A stretch of DNA of 64,000 bases, from NCBI GenBank assembly GCA_965214405.1, contig OZ243956.1:1888001-1952000 (forward strand), given 5' to 3'. The notes beneath the pieces were generated by a model. It was not told where the DNA came from. It saw nothing but the letters and a program-made list of their open reading frames with translations, and made no database searches. The translations under genes and the position numbers were made by a program. Positions 30,685 to 40,291 of this stretch are shown one piece after another (positions within the stretch are counted from its first letter, which is position 1; the number at the start of each line of letters is the position of its first letter). The DNA comes from Trueperaceae bacterium. GTDB lineage: Bacteria > Deinococcota > Deinococci > Deinococcales > Trueperaceae.

Positions 30685-32361
30685 CTAAATCCCCTTCACT
30701 TCTGTAGGCTCACCTTTGGGGATCACGTAGCGCGGCGTGACCGTCTGGGTGACGTAGGCGTCCGACAGGTCCCGGTAGAAGCCGATCTCGCGCAGGCGCC
30801 CCTTGAACGCCTCGAGGTTGCCCCTCAGCGCCTCGCGGTCGTTGATCCCCGTGCTGGAGAAGCCGTCCCCCTGCGGCAGCCTGTCAATGTAAAGCCCGTA
30901 GCGCTCGCGCAGGAAGGTCAGGAGCTTGTCCACCCGGACCTCTTCCGTGTGGTAGCCGAGCGCCCCGTCAGGCTGTAAGACGGCGATCTGTAAAAGCACC
31001 TCGAGCAGCTGGCTGTCCAGCATAAAGCGCCGACGAGCGCTCCCCCCGCGCGGCTGCGCCACGAACGCGCCGGGGTCGTTCTTCATGAAAAGGGAGTCGA
31101 GGGTCTGGGTGATGTAGTGGCGGTGAAAATCCCCGCGCAGCGTCATCAGAATCTCTATGAAGGTTTCGAAGTTCGCCAGCTTCATTTCCAGGATTGCTCT
31201 CACCTCTGGATCAACGGCCTCGTCCTCGCCCGCCCCGCTCTCGTCAAGCACGCTCACCAGACGCTGGTAGAAGTAATTCTCTCTGTCCGTGTCGTGCGGC
31301 GGCTCGAGCAGACTTAAGATGTCCCCGACGCCGAAATAGCCCTCCGGCGGCTTGCCGAGCTTGTTGAGCTTGACGAGCACCTCGGCAAGCTGGTCGAGCT
31401 TGTTCACCGTAAATGTCGCTTTGACGAACCCCGGGATGCGCCGGTAGTGCGCCTCGGCGCTCCGCTCGGCGAGCGCCGCCATCGGCGTTTTGGGGACGTT
31501 GGCGATGTCGAGGACCAGGGCGACGCGGTAAGGGCAGTCCCCTTGGGGGTCTCCGAATGACTCGGGCTTTATGGGGCAGAGTTTCGGGTCGCACGTCGGG
31601 TCTGCGCCTCTGCGGCGCACCAGGGCGGGCAGGAGCTTGAGTAAACGTACATGGTAGAGCGCCAGGTGGAACGAGAACAGGATCTTCAGGTAGTCGACCA
31701 TGACCGTCCGCGGCACGAACGGCTCGTAGGCCAGCAGCCTGAGGACGTCGTCCGCCAGCAGGTCGGCCGCCCCGACACAGAGCGGCTGGAACCGCTCGCG
31801 CTTGGTGTCCCTGGCGTCTTGTGTCTGCTCGGTGAACTTGAAGACCGCCTGCGTCTCGACGTCGATCGCCGAAGACATCTCCGTCTTACCGGTGAGCTTA
31901 TCTTCCCCGGGGAAGAAAAAGCGCTCGAGCTGATCAAGCGCCCTCTGGCCTCTGCCGTGCCGCGCGTGATAGAACAGCTCGTAGAGGTGCTGGTCGGCCC
32001 CGTACGAGCGCGAGTGCTTCGGGTTCCTGAAGCGGTACGTGTAACCGTGGAGGGGCCTCGGCGCGGCCACCGCCTGGTTGGGTTTCCCTCTGTTGACGAC
32101 GTCCATGAGGTGCGTCTCCACCCAGCGGCGCACGACGTCCCGGTGACTGCCGAAACCCTGAAAGCTTTCCGCGTCTTCGACGAGCTCACTGGTGAACCCG
32201 TCCACGGACAGGTCGAATTTCCGCTGAAGTCGGCTCGTGAAGCCTTTGTGGTTCAGGCGCATGAGGAACGATGTGAGGACGCGGTCCATCTCTAATTGCT
32301 TGAACTCCAGGTAGGTCGTTTTCAGACTTCTGAACTCTTTGTCGGACTTTTTAAGCTTCAC
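30685..32361 (-). CDS. MAD7/DptG-like protein
   Basis: 558 aa between kinase and ATPase; C-terminal RLREIGFYRDLSDA. Confidence 0.65.
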   Translation of the reverse strand: MKLKKSDKEFRSLKTTYLEFKQLEMDRVLTSFLMRLNHKGFTSRLQRKFDLSVDGFTSELVEDAESFQGFGSHRDVVRRWVETHLMDVVNRGKPNQAVAAPRPLHGYTYRFRNPKHSRSYGADQHLYELFYHARHGRGQRALDQLERFFFPGEDKLTGKTEMSSAIDVETQAVFKFTEQTQDARDTKRERFQPLCVGAADLLADDVLRLLAYEPFVPRTVMVDYLKILFSFHLALYHVRLLKLLPALVRRRGADPTCDPKLCPIKPESFGDPQGDCPYRVALVLDIANVPKTPMAALAERSAEAHYRRIPGFVKATFTVNKLDQLAEVLVKLNKLGKPPEGYFGVGDILSLLEPPHDTDRENYFYQRLVSVLDESGAGEDEAVDPEVRAILEMKLANFETFIEILMTLRGDFHRHYITQTLDSLFMKNDPGAFVAQPRGGSARRRFMLDSQLLEVLLQIAVLQPDGALGYHTEEVRVDKLLTFLRERYGLYIDRLPQGDGFSSTGINDREALRGNLEAFKGRLREIGFYRDLSDAYVTQTVTPRYVIPKGEPTEVKGI

Positions 32362-32364
32362 CGT

Positions 32365-35300
32365 TCACCCCTGCTGTTGTCCTGTCGTGAGCTGCTCCAT
32401 GCGTAAGATCCCCCCGGCGAGCCGCTCGATGCGGTAGAAGTCGTAGCCCGCCTCGGTGAGGAGGACCTCCTGGTACGGCGCGGAGGCGAGGACGTTCTTG
32501 AACACGGCCAGGCTGAGGTAGTAGCCCTGGGTCTCTTCGATCGTCGGCAGGTACCCCTCGTTCAGACGCCGCAACATCTCGAAAACGTCGAGGTTGATAG
32601 GCAGCTCGGCGCTCAGCGCGTGTTCGCCGTGTCTGTCCCGGTAGGTCAGCGTGAGGCCTATCGGCATGTGCTCGACGAAGGGCGCGCGCGCCGCCTCGTT
32701 TCTCACCTCGAGCCTGAACCGCTCCGAGGGGAAAACCCGGTAGCTCTGGATGCTCCCGTTCTCGACGTGGCGGACCTTGATCGCGAGCCTGCCCTGCAGA
32801 CGATCAGGGTCGGCGAGCCCTTCGCCTCGGTTGACGGCCCTGATCAGGGTGTCGCGCACTTCCGTTAAGGCCCCCTCGCCGACGATCAGCGACAGCATAT
32901 CGCTGGCGCTTTTGTAAGGCAACATCTGCCACCAGCCCTCGTCGCGCCGCTCAAAATAGGCGCGCCGCCGCATGAACGCGACGTAGCGCTGGTGCGCCTT
33001 CAACCGCTCCTCGTAGGTCAGATCGCCGGGGCGCGGCAGGTCGGCGTGCTGTTTGCTCAGCATGTCTTGGTCATAGGTGCCGCGCCGCTCGAAGGGTTGC
33101 AGGGCGACCCCTTCGCCCGGCCCCAGGAAGTCGAGCATCCGGTCCAGCCTCGCGTCGTCGGCCCTTGCCACGTCCACGTCCCGCAGCTCGCTGAGCAGCC
33201 GGTCCTCCGAGCCCGCCTCGCCCCCCATCCAGCTGTTGAAGTAGAACCCGTTCATGACCTGCGCCCAGTCGCCGCCAGCGTAGAGCTCGTGGATGGCGTC
33301 GCAGTCTCTGGTGCCGACTATCGTGAAGGCGAGCGCCGAACGCAGATCGCGCAGGGTGACGTGGAGACGTCCCCGCAGGTGGACGAGCGTGTACAGAGTT
33401 TTGAGGCGCTCGGCGACCTTCGGGCCCGAGACGGCGTCTTGCAGCGTCCGGGCGTTATGGAACGCGTAGCACCTGCTCTTCAGGTCGCAGCGCTCGCAGG
33501 GCGACCAGAAGCGTTCGTCCGCGAGGCGCTGCAGCTGACGCTCGAAGATCGAGGGCGCGCCGCTAGCGCCCGCGGCCACGACGCTGCGGAGGTTCAGGTT
33601 GACGACCGCCACGCCGTCCTCGGGCACGCCGGTCGAGAGCCCCCGCCCCACAACCTCCCTGAGGCGGGAGAAGCGCCCCTCGAAGCTCGAGAGGAAGTCC
33701 ACCAGCCGACCCTCGTTGATGGCGATGAGCCGCGTCTCGGCCCCGCTCTCGCCCCACGCCTCGTCGGCGAAGGGCGCGAAGAAGTCCCCTAAGACCTCGT
33801 CGTTGCCGCGCTCGCCCTCGTCCTGGCTGCCGTCGTAGTTGCTGAGGAAGGCCCGTCCCCCGAGATCGAAGGCGCCGCCGTTGGGCCGCCGCGCCACGTC
33901 GGCACCGAGCTTCCCCGCGCTCGCCTCGAGCTTCTGCAAGAACGCCGTCTTGCCGTCCCCCGCGTTGCCGGTGATGACGACGAGCCGGTAGTCCCCCTCC
34001 AGCACGGCCGGGAGCAGCTCGTCGTCCAGCGCCGTAGGGACGTAGGTGAGGTCGCCGATGGCGTCGAGCCCGCGCGTGCCGCTGTTGCTGTACCGGCTCT
34101 GGCTGTAGAGCGTCAGCAGGTGGCTGACGAAGGGGTTGGTGTTCGGCCTGATCGGCTCGTCGCCCGTCAGGCGAGCCAGAGACCAGGTCGACGTGCCGGT
34201 CTCCGGCTCGCGCACGACCCGCCTCGCCCGCTTCACGTTTTGTAAGGCTTCGAGAAAGGCTTCGGCCGAGTCGAAGCGCTCCCCGCGTTTCGGCGAGAGC
34301 GCCTTGAGCAAGACGTCAGCGAATTCCGGCGAGACGTCCTGGGACGCTGACAGCCGACGCGGGTCGGTCGCGGGTCGGCCCGGGGGCGGCAGCTTCGCAT
34401 CCCACGGGTAGCGCCCCGTCAACACCTGGTACACCGTGAGGGCGAGCGCGTAGACGTCCCGGTCGGCCAGCTCGGCCTCGGTCGGCGCGACGTTCACGTC
34501 CAGGTCGGGCGGCAGGTAGGCCCGCGTGCCGCCCCCGTTGCGCACGCCCTCCGCCGCCATGACCGAGACGTTGAAGTCGAGGAGCCGCGCCCCTTCGTCC
34601 GTCCAGAGCAGGTTGCGGGGCTTGACGTCGCAGTGGTAGACGCCGTGCCGGTGCAGGTGTACGAGCCCCTCCGCGGACTGGCGCCCCAGCTCGAGCGCCT
34701 CGCCCGCGGTGAGCACTTTGGCGTCGATCAGCTCGCCCACGTCCAGCCCGTCGACGTACTCGAACACGACAAAGGGCACCTCGCCCTGCGGCAAGAAATC
34801 CGCGTCCAGCACCTTGACGACGCGCGGGTGGTCCGGCAGCCCGAGCAGCGTCTTGTACTCCTTCTTGAGCCGCGCCGTGGTCGAGTGGCGGTCCCGGGTG
34901 ATGAGCTTGACGACCTTGCTCCGGTCCGCCAGGGTGTCGATCACCTTATAAACGACGCCGAACGACCCCGGCTTGCCCAGCCGCTCCTCGACCACGTACC
35001 TCCTCGTCAGCTCGTGTTGGGGAGGGAGGTCCGTGTAGTCGAGGTCGGCGTGGCCGGTTTCAGGTTCAGAGGGCGCAGGGTTTGCCTCGGCCAGCGGCGT
35101 CAGGACCGCCTCCAGAGCTGCCGAGGCCTCCTTGGCTGAGGGACGCTCGTCGGGTCTGAACGCGCACAGCCCCTGAAGCCACGCGTCCAGACCCTCCGGC
35201 AGCAGCCCGTCGTGCTCTGAAGGCTTGAGGGCGAACATGGCGGTGTGGTCGAAAAGCTCCGCCGCGTCCCTGAAGGGGCGCTCGCCCGTGAACATCTCGT

Positions 35301-36477
35301 AGAAGATGAGCCCCGCCGAGAAGACGTCCGAGGCGCTCCCGAGCCGCGCCGGGTCGTCCCACCACTCGGGCGCCAGGTACGCCTCGTCCGCCGCGCGCGT
35401 CAGCTCGCCCAGCACCGTCGAGGTGCGCGGCGCGCCCGCCCTGGCGAAGTCGAAGTTCGTGAGGCGGGCGCGCCCGTCCAGCCGCACCAGGATGTTCGCG
35501 GGCGTCAGGTTGCGGTGGGCCACCCCGTGGAGGTGCGCGTGCGCGAGTCCGCCCAGCACGTCTTTGGCTATCTGCAGCTTCTGGTCGAGCGTCAGCGCGC
35601 GGCTCGCCTTCTCGAGCCGCGCCCGGAGCGGCTCGCCCCGGACGTCCTCCGTCACCAGCACGAGCTCGTCCTCCGCCTCCGTCGGGAAGAAGGTCTTCAC
35701 GCCCGGGACGGCCGGGTGGCTCGGCAGGCCCTCCAGCGCCTTGTACGCGTTCGCGATGCGCGACCACGCCGCCTTTCGCTCCGCGTCGGGCAGGTACGGG
35801 TCCACCCGGTACGCCCGCAGCCGCACCGGCCCGCCCCCGGCGAAGGCGTTGTGGGCGCGGTACTCGGTGTAGTCCTCCGTGCCGCCCAGCCTCTCGTCGA
35901 CGACCCAGTCGCCGTACCGCTTAGGCCCCTCCTTCGCCCGCGCCACGCCCGTGATAGCCTTCCGCACCGCGGCGTAGAGCGGCTGCGCCCGCGTGTCGCG
36001 CCCCGAGAGCCGCGACACGTCCTGAAAAAACCGGACGCACCCGTCCAGCGTCACCACGTCCGGCGCGTCCCGCCCCGCCGGGTCCGAGAGGCCCGCGTCC
36101 GGGGCGCTCAGCAGCACCACCGCGTCTACATAGAGCTTGCCCAGGTCGCGGCGCGAGCGGTCGCTCTCGACGATGAGCCCCTTGAGCGCCCTGGCGTGCG
36201 AGCGCAGCTTCAGGAGCGGCGAAGCGAACGGCTGCCGCCCCGCCGGGTGCCACTCCTGCCCGTACACGTCGATGTGCCCCCGCGTGCCCTTCACGTCCAC
36301 CAGGTACACCGCGTGCGGCGCGAGCAGCGCGATGTCCACCTCGAACACCTCGTTGCGTATGTGCAGCTCGAAGTTGTGTAGAAGCTCAAAGGAGTCCGGC
36401 AGGCCGTCTCGCAAGACCCTGATCGCCTCGCGCTCGGCGTCGTTGACGGGCTGACCGATGGGGATGACTTTAGCCAT
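32365..36477 (-). CDS. NERD + two kinase domains + P-loop NTPase, MAD6-like
   Basis: EVDIALL..LVDVKG (NERD); HRNLTPANIL; HCDVKPRNLL; TGNAGDGKT; AINEGRL. Confidence 0.85.
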   Translation of the reverse strand: MAKVIPIGQPVNDAEREAIRVLRDGLPDSFELLHNFELHIRNEVFEVDIALLAPHAVYLVDVKGTRGHIDVYGQEWHPAGRQPFASPLLKLRSHARALKGLIVESDRSRRDLGKLYVDAVVLLSAPDAGLSDPAGRDAPDVVTLDGCVRFFQDVSRLSGRDTRAQPLYAAVRKAITGVARAKEGPKRYGDWVVDERLGGTEDYTEYRAHNAFAGGGPVRLRAYRVDPYLPDAERKAAWSRIANAYKALEGLPSHPAVPGVKTFFPTEAEDELVLVTEDVRGEPLRARLEKASRALTLDQKLQIAKDVLGGLAHAHLHGVAHRNLTPANILVRLDGRARLTNFDFARAGAPRTSTVLGELTRAADEAYLAPEWWDDPARLGSASDVFSAGLIFYEMFTGERPFRDAAELFDHTAMFALKPSEHDGLLPEGLDAWLQGLCAFRPDERPSAKEASAALEAVLTPLAEANPAPSEPETGHADLDYTDLPPQHELTRRYVVEERLGKPGSFGVVYKVIDTLADRSKVVKLITRDRHSTTARLKKEYKTLLGLPDHPRVVKVLDADFLPQGEVPFVVFEYVDGLDVGELIDAKVLTAGEALELGRQSAEGLVHLHRHGVYHCDVKPRNLLWTDEGARLLDFNVSVMAAEGVRNGGGTRAYLPPDLDVNVAPTEAELADRDVYALALTVYQVLTGRYPWDAKLPPPGRPATDPRRLSASQDVSPEFADVLLKALSPKRGERFDSAEAFLEALQNVKRARRVVREPETGTSTWSLARLTGDEPIRPNTNPFVSHLLTLYSQSRYSNSGTRGLDAIGDLTYVPTALDDELLPAVLEGDYRLVVITGNAGDGKTAFLQKLEASAGKLGADVARRPNGGAFDLGGRAFLSNYDGSQDEGERGNDEVLGDFFAPFADEAWGESGAETRLIAINEGRLVDFLSSFEGRFSRLREVVGRGLSTGVPEDGVAVVNLNLRSVVAAGASGAPSIFERQLQRLADERFWSPCERCDLKSRCYAFHNARTLQDAVSGPKVAERLKTLYTLVHLRGRLHVTLRDLRSALAFTIVGTRDCDAIHELYAGGDWAQVMNGFYFNSWMGGEAGSEDRLLSELRDVDVARADDARLDRMLDFLGPGEGVALQPFERRGTYDQDMLSKQHADLPRPGDLTYEERLKAHQRYVAFMRRRAYFERRDEGWWQMLPYKSASDMLSLIVGEGALTEVRDTLIRAVNRGEGLADPDRLQGRLAIKVRHVENGSIQSYRVFPSERFRLEVRNEAARAPFVEHMPIGLTLTYRDRHGEHALSAELPINLDVFEMLRRLNEGYLPTIEETQGYYLSLAVFKNVLASAPYQEVLLTEAGYDFYRIERLAGGILRMEQLTTGQQQG

Positions 36478-37877
36478 TAAGCCGCCCTCTGTTCGATTTC
36501 CGCCTCAACCGTTTTGATAGCCGCATTTTCATCAAGTAACGCTTCTGCAATCTGCTTGTGTGCTTCAATAATAGGCTTAGCAATCTCTTTACGAGTTTCC
36601 TCATCGGGCCACGGAACAAGAATATCCGAAACATGCGGGTCCCAAACTCTCGGGATGCTGTTGCCTGATGCTTGCCGCTTGACAAGAGCTTCGCCATACT
36701 CGGTTCTAAAGAACGTGTACAGATAAGCTCCATCCTCTTCATTCTCTGGCACAACGCGATAAACATCATCAGCACAAAAAATACCTTCAAGCCAGCCAGA
36801 TACGAACAGTGGTTGACCGAAAAGACCATAAATCTGACCAGCCGCTTGAAAAACAACCCAGCCGCGCTTCAAAATAAACTGATCGAAATTTGGCGTTTTG
36901 AAGCTCACAAACCTTGGATTCTCAGCCTGAAAACGGTACGCATCACTTCCGCTAATAAATTGTTTGCCATACTTGGGATTATCAACCCACAAACGCTTAA
37001 AGATCGGTGGCTTGAAAAGACGTTTGGCAACTTCTTTGAGCTTAAACGAAGGGTGCGGACCCTCTTGAATGGCCGCCTCAGCATCGAGAGCGGTTTGAGA
37101 ATGATACGCAGCATCAAGACGCATGTTGAGATTCGCAGATTGTACAACTGATGTACCAAAAGAGCTGACACCATTCATACTTAGTGGCTTAAGTTTGAGC
37201 CTCTCTTTTAACATCTTTTCAGCTCCCGCTATAAGCTTTGCGGCGTTGAAACGCGCTTCTGCTGCACCTTGAACTAGCTCATGGACTCGGCGCTCGAGCC
37301 CCTCCCCCAGCCTCGGCACCGGCAAGTCCGCGATGTGCTCCGGCTCGATGTGCTGGATGATCGCGCCGTACGTGCCCGAGGTGATGATGGAGACGCCGTA
37401 CCTGCTGCTGAGGTAGGCGTAGAGATAGCCGGGGGGTATTTTACCTTTCTTGGGCACGACTCTCAAAACATGCTCAGAACAAGCTAGACCGTCCATGTCG
37501 GCACGGACGTAAGCAGTTCTCCCGATTGTTCCCGAGCGTGTAATGAGCGTCCAGCCTTCACGAACGCGAAAGCGAGGGTTTCGAGAGACTTGCTTTTTCG
37601 ATATGAGAGGGAGTCGGGATAAATCCGCAGCAAGAATATCTGTGCTACCCATAAACGGCATACCGTATTCGGGGTCGTCAACCCAAGTCCGACTCTCGCG
37701 CCCGGCGTGGTAGATGCTCTCTGTAACTTCTTCTAAAGCGTCTTTACGTGCAGACAGCTCCTCTAGCGCAACTTTTGCCTCAACCGCGCCCGACAAGAAC
37801 GGGTTCGCGTCCAATCTGTTCCCTTGCTTGTGCAGCCACTCAGACGTGACGGGGTTCTCGAAGTCAACAAGCTTCAT
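36477..37877 (-). CDS. HsdS-like specificity subunit, MAD5-like
   Basis: Two RLDA-initiated halves, LITRSGTIG, YGAIIQHIEP, helical spacers. Confidence 0.8.
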   Translation of the reverse strand: MKLVDFENPVTSEWLHKQGNRLDANPFLSGAVEAKVALEELSARKDALEEVTESIYHAGRESRTWVDDPEYGMPFMGSTDILAADLSRLPLISKKQVSRNPRFRVREGWTLITRSGTIGRTAYVRADMDGLACSEHVLRVVPKKGKIPPGYLYAYLSSRYGVSIITSGTYGAIIQHIEPEHIADLPVPRLGEGLERRVHELVQGAAEARFNAAKLIAGAEKMLKERLKLKPLSMNGVSSFGTSVVQSANLNMRLDAAYHSQTALDAEAAIQEGPHPSFKLKEVAKRLFKPPIFKRLWVDNPKYGKQFISGSDAYRFQAENPRFVSFKTPNFDQFILKRGWVVFQAAGQIYGLFGQPLFVSGWLEGIFCADDVYRVVPENEEDGAYLYTFFRTEYGEALVKRQASGNSIPRVWDPHVSDILVPWPDEETRKEIAKPIIEAHKQIAEALLDENAAIKTVEAEIEQRAA

Positions 37878-37911
37878 GCGGACGCGAACCCTGTATAAGT
37901 GTTAAGCGCGT

Positions 37912-39942
37912 TCAAGTCCCTGGCTCCTCGTAGCGCTCCCTGAACTCGCCGTATTTGGCGGCGATGACGGGGAGGTCGTCGTCTACTATCTTCTGCCTGC
38001 GCTGCAGGGTGCGCCTGACCACCTCCCCGCCGATGCGTATGCGCTCCTCTTCGGTCACCTCTTCCAGGAGCTCCTCGCCGTCGGGGCTGCGTTTGTAGAG
38101 CGTGTTGCCGCGCCGGTCGAAGCCGACCTTCTCGGCGACCGCCATGAACACGGGGTACGCCTTGGCGCCGCTCACGGCCTCCGCGCGGAGTTCCGCCTCG
38201 GTCTTTTTCTTCAAAACCAAAATGCTGGTGAGGATGTTGACGTTCGCCTCGACGATGAAGACCTCGACGGGCAGGTCGACGCTGGCGAGCACCCAGGCGC
38301 GGCGCAGGACCCACCAGCGGATGTACTCGTCGCCGGGGTTGCCGAGGATGCCGTCGGGCAGGACGATAGCCATGCGGCCGCCGGGCTTGAGCCACGCCAG
38401 GCAGCGCTCGATGAAGAGCACCTCCGGCGCGACGCTCCCCTGGACGTTGCCCGTGTTGCGGAAGCCGCCGTCGGCGCGCTCCCAGACGTGGGCGAGCTCG
38501 TACCGGCTCAGGATGGTGGGGTCGGAGACGGGGATGTCCGAGCCGAAGGGCGGGTTGGTCGCCAGGACGTCCACGGTGCCCAGGTCGGCCTTCTGCCGCG
38601 CCTCGGCGAGCCCGCTCATGTGCCCGGCGGGGTACTCCAGGGAGTTCAGGTGGAAGAGGTTGGTGGTCGCGCCGCTCGCCATCACGACGTTCATCTGCGC
38701 GGCGCGGACGAGGAACGGGTCGAAGTCAGCGCCGAAGAGGTTCGCCCGGGCGTACTCGCCCAGACGCCCCTGGATGGAGAGGACGTCGTCGGTGCTCTCG
38801 AGGCCCGACTTCAGGCCCTTCTCTTGGCGAAACCCGTCGGCGAGGTGCGCTATGGCCTGGACGAGAAACCCGCCCGTGCCGCAGGCGGGGTCCAGGAAGC
38901 GCTCGCCGGGTTTGGGGTCGAGCATGTCAATGGCGAGCTTGATGGCCCCGCGCGGCGTGAAGTATTGGCCCCTGTCCCCCCGGAGGTTGGTGCCCACGAT
39001 CTCCTGATAGGCGGCCCCCTTCGCGTCCACGTCCGTGCGGGCGAAGTCGTACTTGGCGAGCTCCGAGACCATAAAGGCGAGCGCCCGGTCGGACAGGCTG
39101 ATCTCCTCGCTGCCCCTGAAGATGCTCGTGTACTCGGACTTCACCTCGTCGAAGAGCGGGATGACGCGCTTCCTGATCGCCTCGCGGCCCTCCTCGTCGA
39201 ACTGCTCGGTGGGGTGGGCGTAAAAGCGGCGCTGGTCGCGCGACCGGGTGTCCTCCTCGTCGTGGAGCTTGGCGAAGATGAGGTAGAGGAACTGCCAGAA
39301 GGCGGCGTCTTTGGGCATACCCTCGTTGCCGTGAATAAAATTGTGACAGCGCCGGAAGGCGACGCGGAGCATTTCCGCGTCGGCGCGGCGGGCGCGGGCG
39401 GCGGAGACCACGTCGCGGGTGCCGATCGTCTCGTCCGCCAAGGGCCAGTCGCCGATGGGCTCGAAACGCGTGTCGAAGCGGGTCTGGCGCTTTTTGAGGA
39501 AGAACAGGTCGAGGCCGTTGGTCCACAAGCCGTAAGTGCAACCCTCGGCAGCCGCCATGATGTCTCGGAGTTCGTCTAAGTCTTTGGTGGCCTGCTCGTG
39601 ATCGCGCAGCTTGAAGGTGCCTCTTTTGCCGACCTTCGGCTCAGGTTTGCAGACGACAACACGCCTGAGGTGCTCCGGCTCGTGAGGCTGTTTATGTTCG
39701 AAGACGGCGACGTCCACCTTCTTGTTGCGCCCGTCCACCTTCATGCGGAAGTCCGGCTCCATGTCGTCTACGTCTACGCCGTACTCATGAAAGAGCGCCC
39801 TCGCGATGTGCTGGCGCACCCTCTCTTTCGGTGTCTCCTTCACGGCCTCGCGCGAAATATAGTCGATGATCATCCCGTCGCCGATGGCGGACTCGGCGCT
39901 CGGTCCGTTTTTTGGTTCTTGCACTGTGTCTTCTATAAGCAT
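37912..39942 (-). CDS. N6-adenine DNA methyltransferase, MAD2-like
   Basis: GQYFTPR, DPACGTGGF, NPPFG, N-terminal HsdR_N-like TPKERVRQ; ATG 39942 with gagga RBS. Confidence 0.9.
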   Translation of the reverse strand: MLIEDTVQEPKNGPSAESAIGDGMIIDYISREAVKETPKERVRQHIARALFHEYGVDVDDMEPDFRMKVDGRNKKVDVAVFEHKQPHEPEHLRRVVVCKPEPKVGKRGTFKLRDHEQATKDLDELRDIMAAAEGCTYGLWTNGLDLFFLKKRQTRFDTRFEPIGDWPLADETIGTRDVVSAARARRADAEMLRVAFRRCHNFIHGNEGMPKDAAFWQFLYLIFAKLHDEEDTRSRDQRRFYAHPTEQFDEEGREAIRKRVIPLFDEVKSEYTSIFRGSEEISLSDRALAFMVSELAKYDFARTDVDAKGAAYQEIVGTNLRGDRGQYFTPRGAIKLAIDMLDPKPGERFLDPACGTGGFLVQAIAHLADGFRQEKGLKSGLESTDDVLSIQGRLGEYARANLFGADFDPFLVRAAQMNVVMASGATTNLFHLNSLEYPAGHMSGLAEARQKADLGTVDVLATNPPFGSDIPVSDPTILSRYELAHVWERADGGFRNTGNVQGSVAPEVLFIERCLAWLKPGGRMAIVLPDGILGNPGDEYIRWWVLRRAWVLASVDLPVEVFIVEANVNILTSILVLKKKTEAELRAEAVSGAKAYPVFMAVAEKVGFDRRGNTLYKRSPDGEELLEEVTEEERIRIGGEVVRRTLQRRQKIVDDDLPVIAAKYGEFRERYEEPGT

Positions 39943-40291
39943 CAAATCTTCCTCGCGGGAATTCCGCAGTCTACGTTTTTTATTAACCCTTGGCGGGCAG
40001 CGTGACAATGATACCCTGTCGCCGGAGCCGGGGACCCCATTTTTTTCATCACGTCTTGCGTTCGTACATCCACGCGTCCTAGCAGTTACGGGCAACGCCG
40101 GGAGCAACGCGCCGGTTGATCATGAGGTGCAGAGGCTGATGCCAGATAGAGGATGGAGGACGCGTCGTGCTGTCCTGATCAGGGCAAGGACTGTGGACCG
40201 AGGCTGCCTCCTTCGGACAACTCTTTGCCTCACCCGCGGGCGCGCTTACGCTCCCCGGTCCGCCGACCGTAGCCGCATGACGTATAGTAGA

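Noticed and set aside
32365..36477. BREX type 2 PglW
   Set aside because: No pglX/Y/Z; C-terminal NTPase and neighbours fit MADS better
39943..40291. mad1-like regulator upstream of the MTase
   Set aside because: No HTH-like ORF found; the track's longer MTase start at 40107 also lacks support
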